Below are positions 23,249 through 35,615 of a DNA stretch of 64,000 nt, piece after piece. The notes under the pieces are model-generated. The model saw only the letters and a list, made by a program, of their open reading frames with translations. It had not been told where the DNA came from and did not search any database. Position numbers and translations under genes: made by a program. The number at the start of each line of letters is the position of its first letter. Within the stretch, counting starts at the first letter, position 1. Source of the stretch: the human T2T-CHM13v2.0 reference genome, Homo sapiens; the NCBI RefSeq assembly GCF_009914755.1, contig NC_060928.1; one strand, given 5' to 3'.

Positions 23249-26200
23249 GAGAGGCAGGCACATTCAGTGTAACTTTACAGAAATATATCATAATTTTTGC
23301 CTGACTTGTTTTGCTTTTTCACTTCTCTAAAAATGTGTCTATACCATACCAATCCTTCTTACACCATGTGCTTTACTTTCAGTGTCCTATTCCTAGAAGT
23401 ATCCATGTCACAAAATAAGTCAAAAATAGTCTTGAATAATTGGAACCTTCTGTCAGATTGTCTATTGTTAATTTGATTTCTGGCACTGCTTCTTCTGCAT
23501 CTTTTTCCTCATTGTCTGGAACGGGTTCAAAAGCACTCATCTCCATCAAGTTGTTTTCTGTTAATTTATCTGATGTGGTGTCTATTAGCTCTTCAATTCC
23601 TCCAAGATCCCTATGTTGAAACCCTTCACCTCCCTCCTTTTTTATTTATATATTTTTGCCACATCCACAGTTTCTTTCATGATTTCCTTGATTGGTTCTG
23701 TTGTAAATCCTGTGAAGTTATGCACAACATCTGGACAGTTTCTTTAGTAGGAATTTACTGTTTTAGACTGGATGGAATTATGGATTTTTTTATAATGATA
23801 TCATCCTTAATACTGTAATCATTCCCGACTTCCATGATGTTCTCTCTATTAGGATTCTCTTCCATAGCACTGACAATATTTTCCGTAGAATACTGCATGC
23901 AATGAGTCTTAAAGGTCTTTATGACCCTTGATCTAGAGGCTGAACTAGAGATACTGTGTCTGGGGGCAAGTAGACCACTTCAACACCTTAAGTATTGAAA
24001 TCTTGGGGTTCTGGGTGGCCTGGGACATTGTCCAATATCAAAAGAACTTTATAAGGCAGTCCCTTACTAGAAAGGTACTTCCTGATTCAGGGACAATCAA
24101 TGGAACCAGTATAGAAAAAGAATTGTCATTGTCCCAGCCTTCTTGTACAACCGAAAGACTGACAGCTCGTGTTCATCTTTGCCTTCAAGGCTTGGGGATT
24201 AGTAGCTTTATAGGTAGGGCAATCCTGATCATAAACCCAACTTTATTTGTACATAACAGTAGAGTTAGCCTATTACTGGAGCTTGCTTCTCTTCCTTACT
24301 AATAAATGTTCTTTTTCAGAATATATATATATTTTTCAGAGTAGGGCACTTTTGTCTGCATTAAAAATATGTTCAGGCAGATATCTTTTCTTCTTACTGA
24401 TTTTCCTAATGGCATCTGGGAACTTGTTTGCTGCCTCTTGGTTGGCAGATGCTGCTTCTCCTGATATCATTCTGTACATCAAACCTTTATAAAATTATCA
24501 AACCATCCTTTGCTGGGATTAAATTCTAGAACTTTAGACTTTTCCCCTTCCTCGTCAGATAATGACTTCACTTGTTCTCAAATCATGTTAGAGTCTATAG
24601 GTAGGCTCTTTTCTAGCAATTCTGCACCCATGTAAAAGCTATATTTTTCATACAAGATAAAAAGATATTTTTCAAAAAGTGGAAGGTATTTTGCACTTGC
24701 TTGCACAGTTACAGGGACAGCTTCATTAATTTTCATTTCTTTTTTTACATTGATCCTTAATGATAGATTCATTTATCTTGATATGGAAGACAACCACAGC
24801 TCCAGGCCTCCGTTTATAGTGGATATCAAGTAGTTCAACTTTTTCTTGTAATATCTTGACTTTTATCTGCTTCTTGGGAACACTTCTAGCATCACTAGTG
24901 GCACTTCATATGGGTCCCCTTGTTTTATCCAAGGTTTATGGTATTGCATTCAACATAATAAACAACATGCAAGAACCATGAGGGATCACTTTTACTATCA
25001 TGCATATTTTACTAGAGAGATGAACTGTTCATGTAGAAACAATGATCATCACATGGCATTTTAAGCACATGCTCATAAGACTTGAGCTCATTGCAATAGC
25101 AATGGGAGTTGCCTATGAAATTGTGATACTAGCACATTATGCAGTATAGTGAAGATTATACATTGTGGTTTAATACTAGATCTTTACATTTGTTTACATT
25201 TCTTTGGACTGCAAATAGCACCATGTGCTAAATGTATGCACATGTTTTGCATATATTTTTAAGTTAACGTAAAAGTTTTAACTCTTTCAATAGATTTGCA
25301 TACACTTTTAAGTTAAAAATTTTAACTTTTTCAATATATTTTTGTATATTTTATGATAGTGAATGATGAAAAAAAGTATCTTTATATTTTATGCATTTAT
25401 GACATATCTAACTTTTTCTTTTTTTGCTATTTCTATGCTACATGGTTCATCTGCAAATTTTTTTCAAATTGTCACAAATCTACAAAATATTTTTCAATGT
25501 ATTTATTGAAAAAACTCTGTGCACAGACTGGACCTATGCAATTGAAACCCATGTTGTTCAAGGGCCAACTATACCCAAATGTACAAATGCAAAACTACAC
25601 TAATCACCTACACTTACATTCTAAAGTAACAATCAAATGTAATACAGCAATTTAGGTTGAAAGTACAATACTTGATAAAGTTTTTACTGCCTTAAAAATT
25701 GTTATTTTAATGGAGCAGTCAGCCTGCTTCCTTGAATTTACTTTTTTAAGGTCCTGAATCAAACAAAGATAACATAGTTTGAAAATTTTTTAAATGTTTC
25801 TTTAAAAAAGGGGGGGTTAAGTATCATTGTTTTTAATATTTTCATTCAGTAAAACTTATTTGAAATGCTATTTTCTATATTTTAAGAAGCGGATATTTCA
25901 ACCCACCTATTTTGATTTCAGACACGTTAACATGTATATGTGAAAATAAGTCATATTTTGTAAGACCTTGCCTAATATCTAATAACTGTATTTTAATTTT
26001 ATGCAGCATTCAGCAACAATTGTACCTGATGAGCTATTAAAAGTGTGTAAATCAAATAAGCTTATATCAAGAATACTAAAAAAAGTGACAAGGCAAACAT
26101 GTCAACATAGCTAAATATGGCTCTAGGATTGAATGCTGTTGGTGTTAGTCAGTCAGGATTTCCCCTTGTGATGTCTTTCTGGTATTACCATTATTGAATG

Positions 26201-26644
26201 TTTACAAATTAAAGGGACCACTGCTAAAAATATGGGATTGAGTTGCATATGCATGCCCCTTAAGAGACCCTTAGAGATGATTTACAAGAATGACAGAATC
26301 TAACTTTGGACATTTGGTTAGTTTTCACACCTCCTTCCCTCTTAAAACTTGCATTCATTAGGAGTAACTCTCTGAAGAATCTCTGTCTTAATAAATTCAG
26401 ATCCATCAACTACTTTATGCAGTGTTGCAGTACTCACTGTTTATTTGTTAATAAGTACCTGAAATTACTTTCCCACTCAATAGATACAGGACTGCAAAGT
26501 AGATGTTCTCCTCTTTTGTACTTTTTTTATAATTAGGGTACAGAGTTACCAAGTCAGCAAGGAAGGGGCACTTTGTATGCTACTTGCATGGCTACGAATT
26601 AACTGAAATAGCAGTTAAAATGTTCATTTTAAAAATTATGTAAG

Positions 26645-27530
26645 TGTATTGGGTTCCTAAGGCTACTATAACAAATGCACACTGGATAGCTTAAACCAAT
26701 GGTCCCCAGCCTTTTTGACACCAGGGATACGATTGGTGGAAGACAATTTTTCCATGGGGGCTGGGTAGATGGTTTCAGTGTGATTCAAGTGCATTACATT
26801 TATTGTGCACTTTATTTCCATTATTATTACATACTCACCATAATGTAGAATCACTGGGAGCCCAGAGCTTGTTTTCCTGAAACCAGACAGTCCCAGATGG
26901 GCTGTGATGGGAGACAGTGACAGATCACCCGGCATTAGATTCTCAGATTCTCATAATGAAGGCGCAACCTAGATCCTTCTCATGCACAGTTTGCAATAAG
27001 GTCGGTGCTCCTGTGATAACCTAATGCTGCTGCTGATCTGATGGGAAGTGGAGCCCAGGCGATAATACTGGCCACTCACCTCCTGCTGTGGGGCCCTGTT
27101 CCTAACAGGCCACAGACTAATACCAGTCCATGACCCTGGGGACCCCTGGCTTAAACAATAGAAATTTATTTCTCGCTGTTTTAGTGGCTGGAAGTCCAAG
27201 ATCAAGATGTCAGCACTTTGGGATTCTTCTGAGGCCTTTCTTTTTGGCTTGCAGGTAGCCTCCTTGTCACTGTGTCCTCACATCATCTTTTTTCTTCGTG
27301 TGCACATCCCTAGCATCTCTTTTTTATACATTTCCTCTTCTTAGAAGAACACCAATCAGATTGTTTTGGGGCCTACCCTAACAGCTGTCATCCATTTAAA
27401 CTTAATCACCTCTTTAAAGGGGTTACAAATACAAATACAAAACAGATACAGCATAAAGTCACATTCTAAAGTACTGGAGGTTAGGGCTTCCACATGTGCA
27501 TTTTAGGGGTTCACAATCCTGCCCATAACA
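26645..27530 (-). mobile_element. MLT1B-like MaLR solo LTR, interrupted by MER1A
   Basis: TGTATTGGGTTCCTAAGGCTACTATAACAAAT ... GCCCATAACA termini; perfect 5-bp TSD GTAAG at 26640-26644 and 27531-27535. Confidence 0.88.
26697..27148 (-). mobile_element. MER1A (hAT-Charlie) non-autonomous DNA transposon
   Basis: CAATGGTCCCCAGCCTTTTTGACACCAGGG...GGGGACCCCTG termini; 8-bp TSD GCTTAAAC at 26689-26696 and 27149-27156. Confidence 0.92.
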
Positions 27531-28589
27531 GTAAGTATCGTTTTCTCAAGGAAAATTATTTTTGATAGACTAGGTCAAGTTATTCTCTACTCAGCATAAT
27601 TATAATTAAACAATTTTAAGCTTAGCTTTTTAATGCCTAGGGATGCTTAAACAATCATATTCACTCTGTTCCTATTTCCTTTCATATGCTTGCTCATAGT
27701 AAGGACTCAGTAAATATTTGTTGAATGAGTAAATTACAATTCCTATAATTAATATAATTCTCATTTGCACTACGTCAGTTCTTTTTCATATGCTATATTA
27801 TTTGCTCTTCAAACAAGACTCTGATTAGGTAATCTCATTACCCCTTTTTATATATTAATAAAGAAAAATAATCAGCAATTTATTTAACGTGAGTCAGTTA
27901 AGGATATCAGTGGAATACTATATTTTTTCTAAAACAGGACTTCACCCTTCTGAAGTTAGACTAACTGGGAAGATGGCATAGCAAAGGAAATGTCAGTAAC
28001 AAAGACAACAACAAAAATCACATAAAACAGATTAACAAAAGAGAAAGGAAGGAAGGAAAGAAAAAAAAGAAATAAACTCAGCAAAGCAACTCGAAGAGGT
28101 AGCCTTGGGATAAGAAATAAAAATATTGAACTAAGAATTAGTTAAGAAGGAATCAAGGTTGTAGATTGACACAACATGCTAACATAATAGAGTAAGCAAA
28201 TAGGAAATAAAATAGCACATATATCAATATGGAAGGCATATCAATTGAAGGAGAGGTAACCACAGTCACATATACATGGTTCAGAATAACAAAATAATGT
28301 GTTTACATTACTGCTGTTTACAGCCAGTTGGAACTGGCATCATATTCACTTTTGATACTTGTGGGCATTCAGAAACAAAGTGTAAAGCATAATAGGACGA
28401 TCTTCAACTTCAGTATGGTACAGGGGAGAAAAAAAATTCTAGAGAGTCATGAAGCCCGATCATCTGATTCTGGTATTTTAGGCTGTCAGGACTCAAGACA
28501 TTATGCCTAGGCCACTCTTGGACAGATTTAGACCCAAAAATGTTTTCCATATAATAAGATGACAGTTGAAAGTCCCAGGCTAAAATCTT

Positions 28590-28800
28590 AAAACACAGAA
28601 CAGTGATTTCAATCTGAATACTGGTCCCACTTTTTATTAACCCCTGTCTTGCTCAGTTACTTAAGCTCTCTTAAGCCTCCGTTTTTTCATCCGGAAACAT
28701 AATGATAAACACGGTGATTACATTAAAGGATTGTTGAGTTAGTTGAAATATGCAATGCATATATAATGTGTCACATAGCACCTGGCTCATTGAGTATTGT
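28590..28800 (+). mobile_element. MIR SINE
   Basis: AGTTACTTAAGCTCTCTTAAGCCTCCGTTTTTTCATCCGGAAACATAATGATAA...ATAGCACCTGGCTCATTG. Confidence 0.65.
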
Positions 28801-29444
28801 TGCAATGCAATGATAAAAACATTAAGCACTTTTCTTAGAATACATTATTACATGAAATGTGTCTTTAAGAAATTCTTTTAGTTCTCTGAGAAGAGCCCCT
28901 GAGAAAGGCAGACAACACACTACGGGCTCTTCCAGCTGTTAGAAGTTCCTCCCAAGGAATCATCTCTTTGCCAATCATTTATCTTGTGGATAACTTCTGT
29001 GTAGTGTGTCTTGTCTTAAAAGTTTAACATATGTTCACAATATTATGCTAAGTTTATGGCATATTAATCATATGGATGAAATTTTGTTATTTTTTATGCA
29101 AGTAATTTATTTCTACAAAAACCTCTGAGCAAAAACCCTTTACGCTTCTCTCTTCAATTCTTAAAATTCCACCCCCATTAAGGTAAACATTGTAAACACT
29201 GCAGAGTGTACCTTTTCTTGCTTTAATAGTTGCATATAAGTATTCAAAACCTGTATTATAGCATATAGATTTCTTTGTTTTATTTAATAATACATATTAT
29301 TCTGTTCTTCAAATTGATTACTTCACTTAAGCTACATAACTTGGTCATCTTTACATGCGAATACTTATTTATAAAATATTTTTGTAATATAAGCATATAT
29401 ATAAGCAAAAGTAATATAAGCATATGGTAAATTTAGTGTAATAA

Positions 29445-29690
29445 TACATATAGGCTAACACAAACAGTGCAATGCTTAAATAGATGCCAAGTACTTTTCT
29501 GGTGCCTTACATTTATTAACTCATAATACTCATAACAAACCCAAAAGTTGGACTTTTTCTTATCCTTATTTTATAGATAAAGAAACTGAGGAGAAAGGAA
29601 GTTAAATCGCTGTTCCTCTGTCACACAGGTAGTATGTAGCATAGCCAAGATTCATACCTGGGCAATCCATCTCTGGTGGCCATGACCACA
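29445..29690 (-). mobile_element. MIR (MIRb-like) SINE
   Basis: TATCCTTATTTTATAGATAAAGAAACTGAGG...GTCACACAGGTAGTATGTAGCATAGCCAAGATTC. Confidence 0.75.
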
Positions 29691-29847
29691 CAGGTATACA
29701 ATGAAATACCACATTGTTTTTTTTAAAAAAAACTTCATAATATACTATCGGATGATTTTTAAATTTTATTAATTCTTATGCTGTTAATTATGCCAATGTT
29801 TTCATTATAATTTTGGTTTTACTTGTCTATCCTAAGTTGTACTTTTT

Positions 29848-30207
29848 AAAATACATATACAATATTTTTTAGAGAAGTTTTAGGCTCATAGCAACATTGA
29901 CTAGAAGGCACAGAGATTTTCCATAAAGCCCCCGTCCCTACATACACTCACAGCCTTCTCCATTATCAACATCATACACAAGAATGGTGCATTTGTTAAA
30001 ATTGATGTACTTACATTGACACATTATTATCACACAATTCCATGGTTTACATTAGGGTTCACTCATGGTTTTATACATTCTAGTGGCTTTCACAAAGGTA
30101 TATAATGACATATATCCACCATTATAGTGTTATACGAAATTGTTTCACTGCCCTAAAAATTCTCTGTGCTTTGTGTATTTATCACTGCCTCCACCCAGCC
30201 CTTTGCT
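29848..30207 (-). mobile_element. L1MC1/2-like 3' end
   Basis: TTTTTAGAGAAGTTTTAGGCTCATAGCAACATTGA...CATTGACACATTATTATCAC...GTTTACATTAGGGTTCACTC; perfect 13-bp TSD AGTTGTACTTTTT at 29835-29847 and 30208-30220. Confidence 0.85.
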
Positions 30208-30384
30208 AGTTGTACTTTTTGCATTAAAATCTACTCTATCTAGTATATATCATAATCATTGTTGCTGCAAGAGAATCCAATGATGTTGTTTTCACACAGC
30301 CATTGAACCAATTCCAGTTATTATACAAGTAATTCTGTTTCTACTGCGTTACAAAGCTAAAGTTTGCTTTTCATACAATAAGGT

Positions 30385-30570
30385 GCCAGTATATATTTGG
30401 ATCTATTTGTGGGCTCCCTATTGTGTTTCCCAGCTCTCTATTATTTTATTCTTCTGAGCATGTCATACTGTTTGGTTATAGCAGCTTTATAGTAAGTTTT
30501 CAAATCAAGTAGGAAGATGCCTCCACGATATGTTGCTGATTGTGTTATTACCAGGCCTCTTCATTCCAAT
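30385..30570 (-). mobile_element. Old L1M ORF2 fragment
   Basis: GGATCTATTTGTGGGCTCCCTATTGTGTT...CATACTGTTTGGTTATAGCAGCTTTATAGTAAGTTTTCAAATCAAGTAG. Confidence 0.6.
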
Positions 30571-31503
30571 GGGAGGAGGTTAGGGATAGAGCCTTAGAAT
30601 AAGTCTGAACCACTAGGAATGGTATCACTGCTGCATTTTTCTATTTTATTAATATGTAGAACCATATGTGAATCCCAAAGAAAGTTCATATGAGAAAACC
30701 CAAGATTGCCCTCACAGATCTAAGAGATAGGATAGAACTATTTATTGCTGGCTTCCTGTTTTGAAGACAATATTTGTTGTCTAGGTAATATCAGGATATT
30801 TTTTGGAGACTTTGTTTTTCTCTCTCGAGGGATGTTCACAATCTTTTGGTGCTAATTTCCTCTTAATATAGTGCTATTTTTTTCCATACAAAATTTGAAG
30901 TAGAAGAAAAAAAATAAAGAATTGGTAGCCATTAACCAAAGCTGGCATTCTATTTCCATTTTCACAGTGAGACTACCATTTTAAGGAATTCAATATCCCT
31001 TTGTGATCACAAAAGTAAGGTGTAATTCAGGAGTTTTCCTGGAGTCCCCATTAGATATTATACAATGCATATTTTGTTTCAATATCATGGAGTTTTAACA
31101 CAAATGTAAATAGAAGTTTAATTATTTATATAGATTCAATGTTAAATATAACAAAGACGGGAAAGAAAATATATTATTTTGATGTCATTTTTGTTTTAAC
31201 TTTTCCTAACTGTGGATACTCTTCCTAATAATAGGTAGCCCATATGTCATTATAAAAAAATGTATTTCTAGAAATTCAGGTACCCCATCAACCAATCTTT
31301 GTATCTCCTCATATAATAACTTTTTCTGTGTGTTTATAGAATTTTAAGTTCAGTGAAAAGATTTTCAGAGCATTTTATTTTTGCTTCTATCTGGAGCCCA
31401 CTCACATGTGTTTATCTTCTTGTTTTTAAGGGGGACCCCAGGCATGAAAGTAATTGCTTTTATTGCATTGAATGCTAAAAGGTATACAGCCATACATTCT
31501 TTT

Positions 31504-31938
31504 TGTATTTGTTTCTTAGAGCTGCTGTAACAGAGTTCCACAAACTGGGTGGCTTCAAATGACAATGAGACTTTATTCTCTCTCAGTTCTGGAGGCAAGA
31601 AGTCTGAAATCAGGATGTCAGTAGAGTCATGCTCTCTCCAAAGGCTCTAGGGATGGATTCTTCTGTGCCATCTACCTTCTGGTAGCCCCTAGCATTTCTT
31701 GGCTTGTGGCAGCATCACTTCAGTCTGGGCTTCACAGAGGCAGAGATTGGAGTGATGCTGCCACAAGCCAGACTTCCTTCTGTGTCTGTGTCATTACATC
31801 GTATTCTTTTTGTGTGTATCTGCATCCAAATTTCATTCTTCATATAAGGACACCAGTAACAACAGATTAAGGCCCACCCTAACGACTTTACCTTAACTTG
31901 ATGTCTTCCAAGATCTTCTTTGCAAATAAGGTCATATC
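31504..31938 (-). mobile_element. MLT1C MaLR LTR (partial) with internal inverted duplication
   Basis: TGTATTTGTTTCTTAGAGCTGCTGTAACA...CAGTTCTGGAGGCAAGAAGTCTGAAATCAGG...TATAAGGACACCAGT...CAAATAAGGTCATA. Confidence 0.88.
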
Positions 31939-32714
31939 ATTTTTTAGTAGACAAATAATCTTACTATGTTATTAAAGTAATTAAATCATATGGAAAAATA
32001 TTCTATTTAATTATTGTATTTTACAAAACATTTCAAAGGATGGATATAATTCAGAGATAACCATTAATATTTTTTGCATAGGCACAAAATAGTTCTAGTT
32101 TTAAGGATTACAATTATAATAGATATGAATACTGGCAATTTATGAGCTGAATGTCATTTATATCATATGTCAGGAGAAAAATTCTGTAGAAGATATTGTC
32201 TAGTTTGGTTATAAGTAAAAAAAATGGTTAAATTATTAGGTGAGTTTATGTACAGATATATACTCAGTCTAACAATAACAGCAAAACTTAGTATGTGCAT
32301 TTTAATAAACTATTTTTCTTTTGAGTAAGAAATTGTTTTCTTGATTAGTATTCTCCTGTAAGACTGCTTTAATTCTGTATTCTCTAGATATAAATGAGAA
32401 TTGGGAAACAGAACTAAAAAGTAGCAAGTATCGTATAACTTAATTAATTCACCAAGATTGCTTTGTGAGTTTGCAAATGCAACTGCAAGTGGGAAGTAAA
32501 GTATTTCTAGTTTATTCATAAGTGTCCTAGTTGAAGTCTTTTTGTAAATAGGCTGGAGCCTAAATTTAATAACCTAATTTAATAACAATTTTGTCTTTAT
32601 TGTTACTAGGTCAGCAGTTAGCATTTAAGATGAAAAATTGATGGGAATGATAACTTACATTATCCAACTTTATGTGGTTATTTGTTATTGCCTAAACTCC
32701 ATTGCTAATACTTA

Positions 32715-32880
32715 TACTGGCTAATATTTCTTCTGATTTTTATTATGGGCCAAAGCTATCCTAAGCTTTGCAAGTATTAACTAATTTATGCTCAAAACAA
32801 GTCTAGCAGATAGGTAACTATTATTATCTCATTTTCTACATGATGAAACTAAGAAACAGATTAAATTTGCTTATGTTTAT
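32715..32880 (-). mobile_element. MIR SINE
   Basis: ACTATTATTATCTCATTTTCTACATGATGAAACTAAG core. Confidence 0.65.
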
Positions 32881-33112
32881 CCTTCTAATAACTACTGCAG
32901 TGCAGCTTTTTACAACGATATCGTTATTTCTCTTTTACCAAATTTCTGTGTGATTTTTTTGATACTTTTCTCTCTCTCTCTCTGTGCTTCAACTACCTCA
33001 TTTATACAGTTATTTTAATAACATAAATAAAATAAATGGATTAAATTGGGATTTCTTATTGTTCCCAACACCAAAATTCTCTTTTTGGTGTTAATAGAAA
33101 TTACTATAAAAA

Positions 33113-33310
33113 GAGAATTGTGGTCAAATACATTTGGGAAATACAACATCCTTCTTTTGAGGACACATCAGCATTGGGTCTGAGAATTTATGTAGCAAAA
33201 GCATTTCTTTCATTTGAGGTACTTTTTACAAATGTATATGATCAGCGATTTTTATGAAAGAAATGCCAACTAATAAAATGTATTTTGGAGACATCGTTTG
33301 GGAAATTCTG
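33113..33310. mobile_element. hAT-Charlie MITE fragment (MER103-like)
   Basis: TGTGGTCAAATACATTTGGGAAATAC and terminal GTTTGGGAAATTCTG. Confidence 0.4.
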
Positions 33311-33379
33311 AATTTAGATCCTCTAAAGTTCTCTTGATCTCTAAAAATCCTATTATACGGTGTTTAAAGGAAGATGATT

Positions 33380-33542
33380 TGCTTGGTGCAGTGGCTCACG
33401 CTTGTAATCCCAGCACTTTGGGAGGCCCAGGCAGCAGAATCACTTTAGCCAAGAAGTTGAAGGCAGTGAGCTATGACATTGACATTGCACTCTCCAGCCT
33501 GAGTGATAAAGTGAAACTCTCTCTTAAAAGAAAGAAAAAAAA
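33380..33542 (+). mobile_element. Alu monomer (FRAM-like)
   Basis: GGTGCAGTGGCTCACGCTTGTAATCCCAGCACTTTGGGAGG...GCAGTGAGCTATGA...CCAGCCTGAGTGA plus A tail; single arm. Confidence 0.85.
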
Positions 33543-33894
33543 GTAATTTCCTCTTTTTGACACTTCTCATAGTTTCTCTATATGTTATTTTTTTTGAGCT
33601 CTTTTTCCAAGAGTTCAGATTATCTCTTTGATTTCCCTTTCAACTCTGCAAATCGTATTTACTGTTTTTTCTCCCTACTATCACCTTCCTGGCACTACAC
33701 AATCATATTTTGTATTGATCTTTTCTCTCATCATTATGTTCAAATATATACAAATTCCCAAAATTCTAAATTATCTGAAACAATATTTCTCTCAAACATC
33801 ATTTATTCTTGGCCCTTTTATATGTACTGTGATTTAAGGGTTATATTGCATCTTTGCTATAAACTATGTCAAATCTATTAGAAAATAGGCTATC

Positions 33895-33895
<1 letters not shown>

Positions 33896-33943
<48 letters not shown>
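33896..33943. repeat. (AC)24 microsatellite
   Basis: Direct read. Confidence 0.98.
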
Positions 33944-33946
<3 letters not shown>

Positions 33947-35185
33947 TATCTAAATAAATCACATTTTCGTTACCTTAAGAGATTCCATTCACTCCTTAGG
34001 ATACCGAAAGAAGGACTTAGAAAACTATCTCTTACACAAAGAATTTTTAAAAATACACTGGAGACTTGTGGTTATATTGTTCTTGTTATCTATATTAAAA
34101 GATTGTATAAATGCAATAGGCTTATTTTCATCTGTTGTTCCAAAACTGACATAGGTGTTCTTCCTCCATTATACCTTCTGCTGACCCCTTTCCTAGTATG
34201 TATTTTTTTAAGAAAATAAGCCTTCTTTTTATATTTCTGTCTCCACTATTACAATATATATTTTCTTTTATACCAAGTAATGTATCTTATTTGAAATTTA
34301 TGTTCTGTGCTAAGTATGATAATTAGGACCTAAGATATATAAGAGCCTGACATATATTGTACATACCAAATATAATCTAAGATATTAATAATTATTATTT
34401 GGACAACATTTCATAGTTTGAAAAAATAATTTTACTTCAGTAGTATTTCTAATAGTATTTTGATGGAACTTTCAAAACTTCTGCAAATAAGTTTTAGTAT
34501 TATTTGTAATTTGCAGATAAGAAAACAAAAGCTTTAAATGATTAACTCAAAGAAAGTTATCATTACAATTGAAATTGAAGGTTATATAATATTTAGATAG
34601 GCAGAGGGCAGAGGTGAAGTCATTTCAGAGACCAAAAAAAAGCAAAAGTCCGGGGATGAAAGCAGCTATGACATATGTTGTGGGACATAAAAACATGCAT
34701 TTTGGATAGAATAGGGAATTTAAAAGAAATATGTCAATTGTTCACCTATTATCTGGAAAATCAATCATCTTTTATTCTCTTGCAATTGTAAAGGCTCAGT
34801 TTTCTACATATTCATCCAATATTGTTCCAAATTTCAGGTTATATGATCATGCCTCAATATATGTATTTGCCTTAAATGTTTAAGAACAGATTGCTTTCTT
34901 GTCATTTGATCATTTCAACAATGTGAGTTCGACTTAAATTGAGTATTTAAATTTTGGCCTACTGCACCATTTTTTAAATATAACCTTTTTCTGGAATATC
35001 TATATATTGTGCATACAGATAAAGTGTACCCTTTGCTTATTTTCAGAGGACTCATAAAAAATAAAACTACCTAGGCAACATATATGTTGATTAAAGTTTG
35101 TACCTTTTTTATATTTTTAATATATTTTCTTTCTGTGTGCATATTTTAAATGTGATGTGCAAAAAAAATGTCAAAGTAAGTATCA

Positions 35186-35196
35186 GTGACTCAGCA
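35186..35196 (+). promoter_or_regulatory. Candidate NRF2/small-MAF antioxidant response element (ARE/AP-1)
   Basis: GTGACTCAGCA followed by A-rich AGAAAA; motif match only. Confidence 0.3.
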
Positions 35197-35615
35197 AGAA
35201 AAGGCAAAAAATAAGCAGTGAATACAAGGAGTTGTAATTGGAATATTTCTCAAATGAAGAATATGTGAATATTTTATACACATAATAAAAGCTGTAATAT
35301 TAAAAAATACAAAAGCACTACCAAAAGAGATGACCATGACATGAGACATTGGCCAATTAATTTACCATATATGCAGAAAAGTCCCCTCAAATTGTAAGTG
35401 AAAGGAGACGTTGATAAGATATGCTGAAGAAATAATAAGACGGAAGAGAATCAGCAGGGGTAGGATATCATTATAACAACTTCACGTTCTCTTTTAGACA
35501 TAGTTTTTCTAACTTCTACATTTACCCACATGTTTATGTGTGTGTGCATGTGTGCGTATGTGTCTGTCTATGTATTATTTTGTGGAAATCAGCTTAAATG
35601 AACATTATTAAGTAT

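Larger units (their letters stand above)
22442..25571 (-). mobile_element. Tigger2 (TcMar-Tigger/pogo) DNA transposon, apparently full length, decayed transposase
   Basis: TIRs CAGTTGACTCTTGAACAACAT / ATGTTGTTCAAGGGCCAACTA, TA target duplication at 22440-22441 and 25572-25573; minus ORF 24578-24772 (..VKKEMKINEAV..LPIDSNMI) resembles the pogo N-terminal HTH region. Confidence 0.92.

Noticed and set aside
33866-34219. ORFs with HTHTHT or VCVCVC runs (also 6858-7104, 20101-20444)
   Set aside because: Stop-free CA/TG microsatellites inflate ORF length
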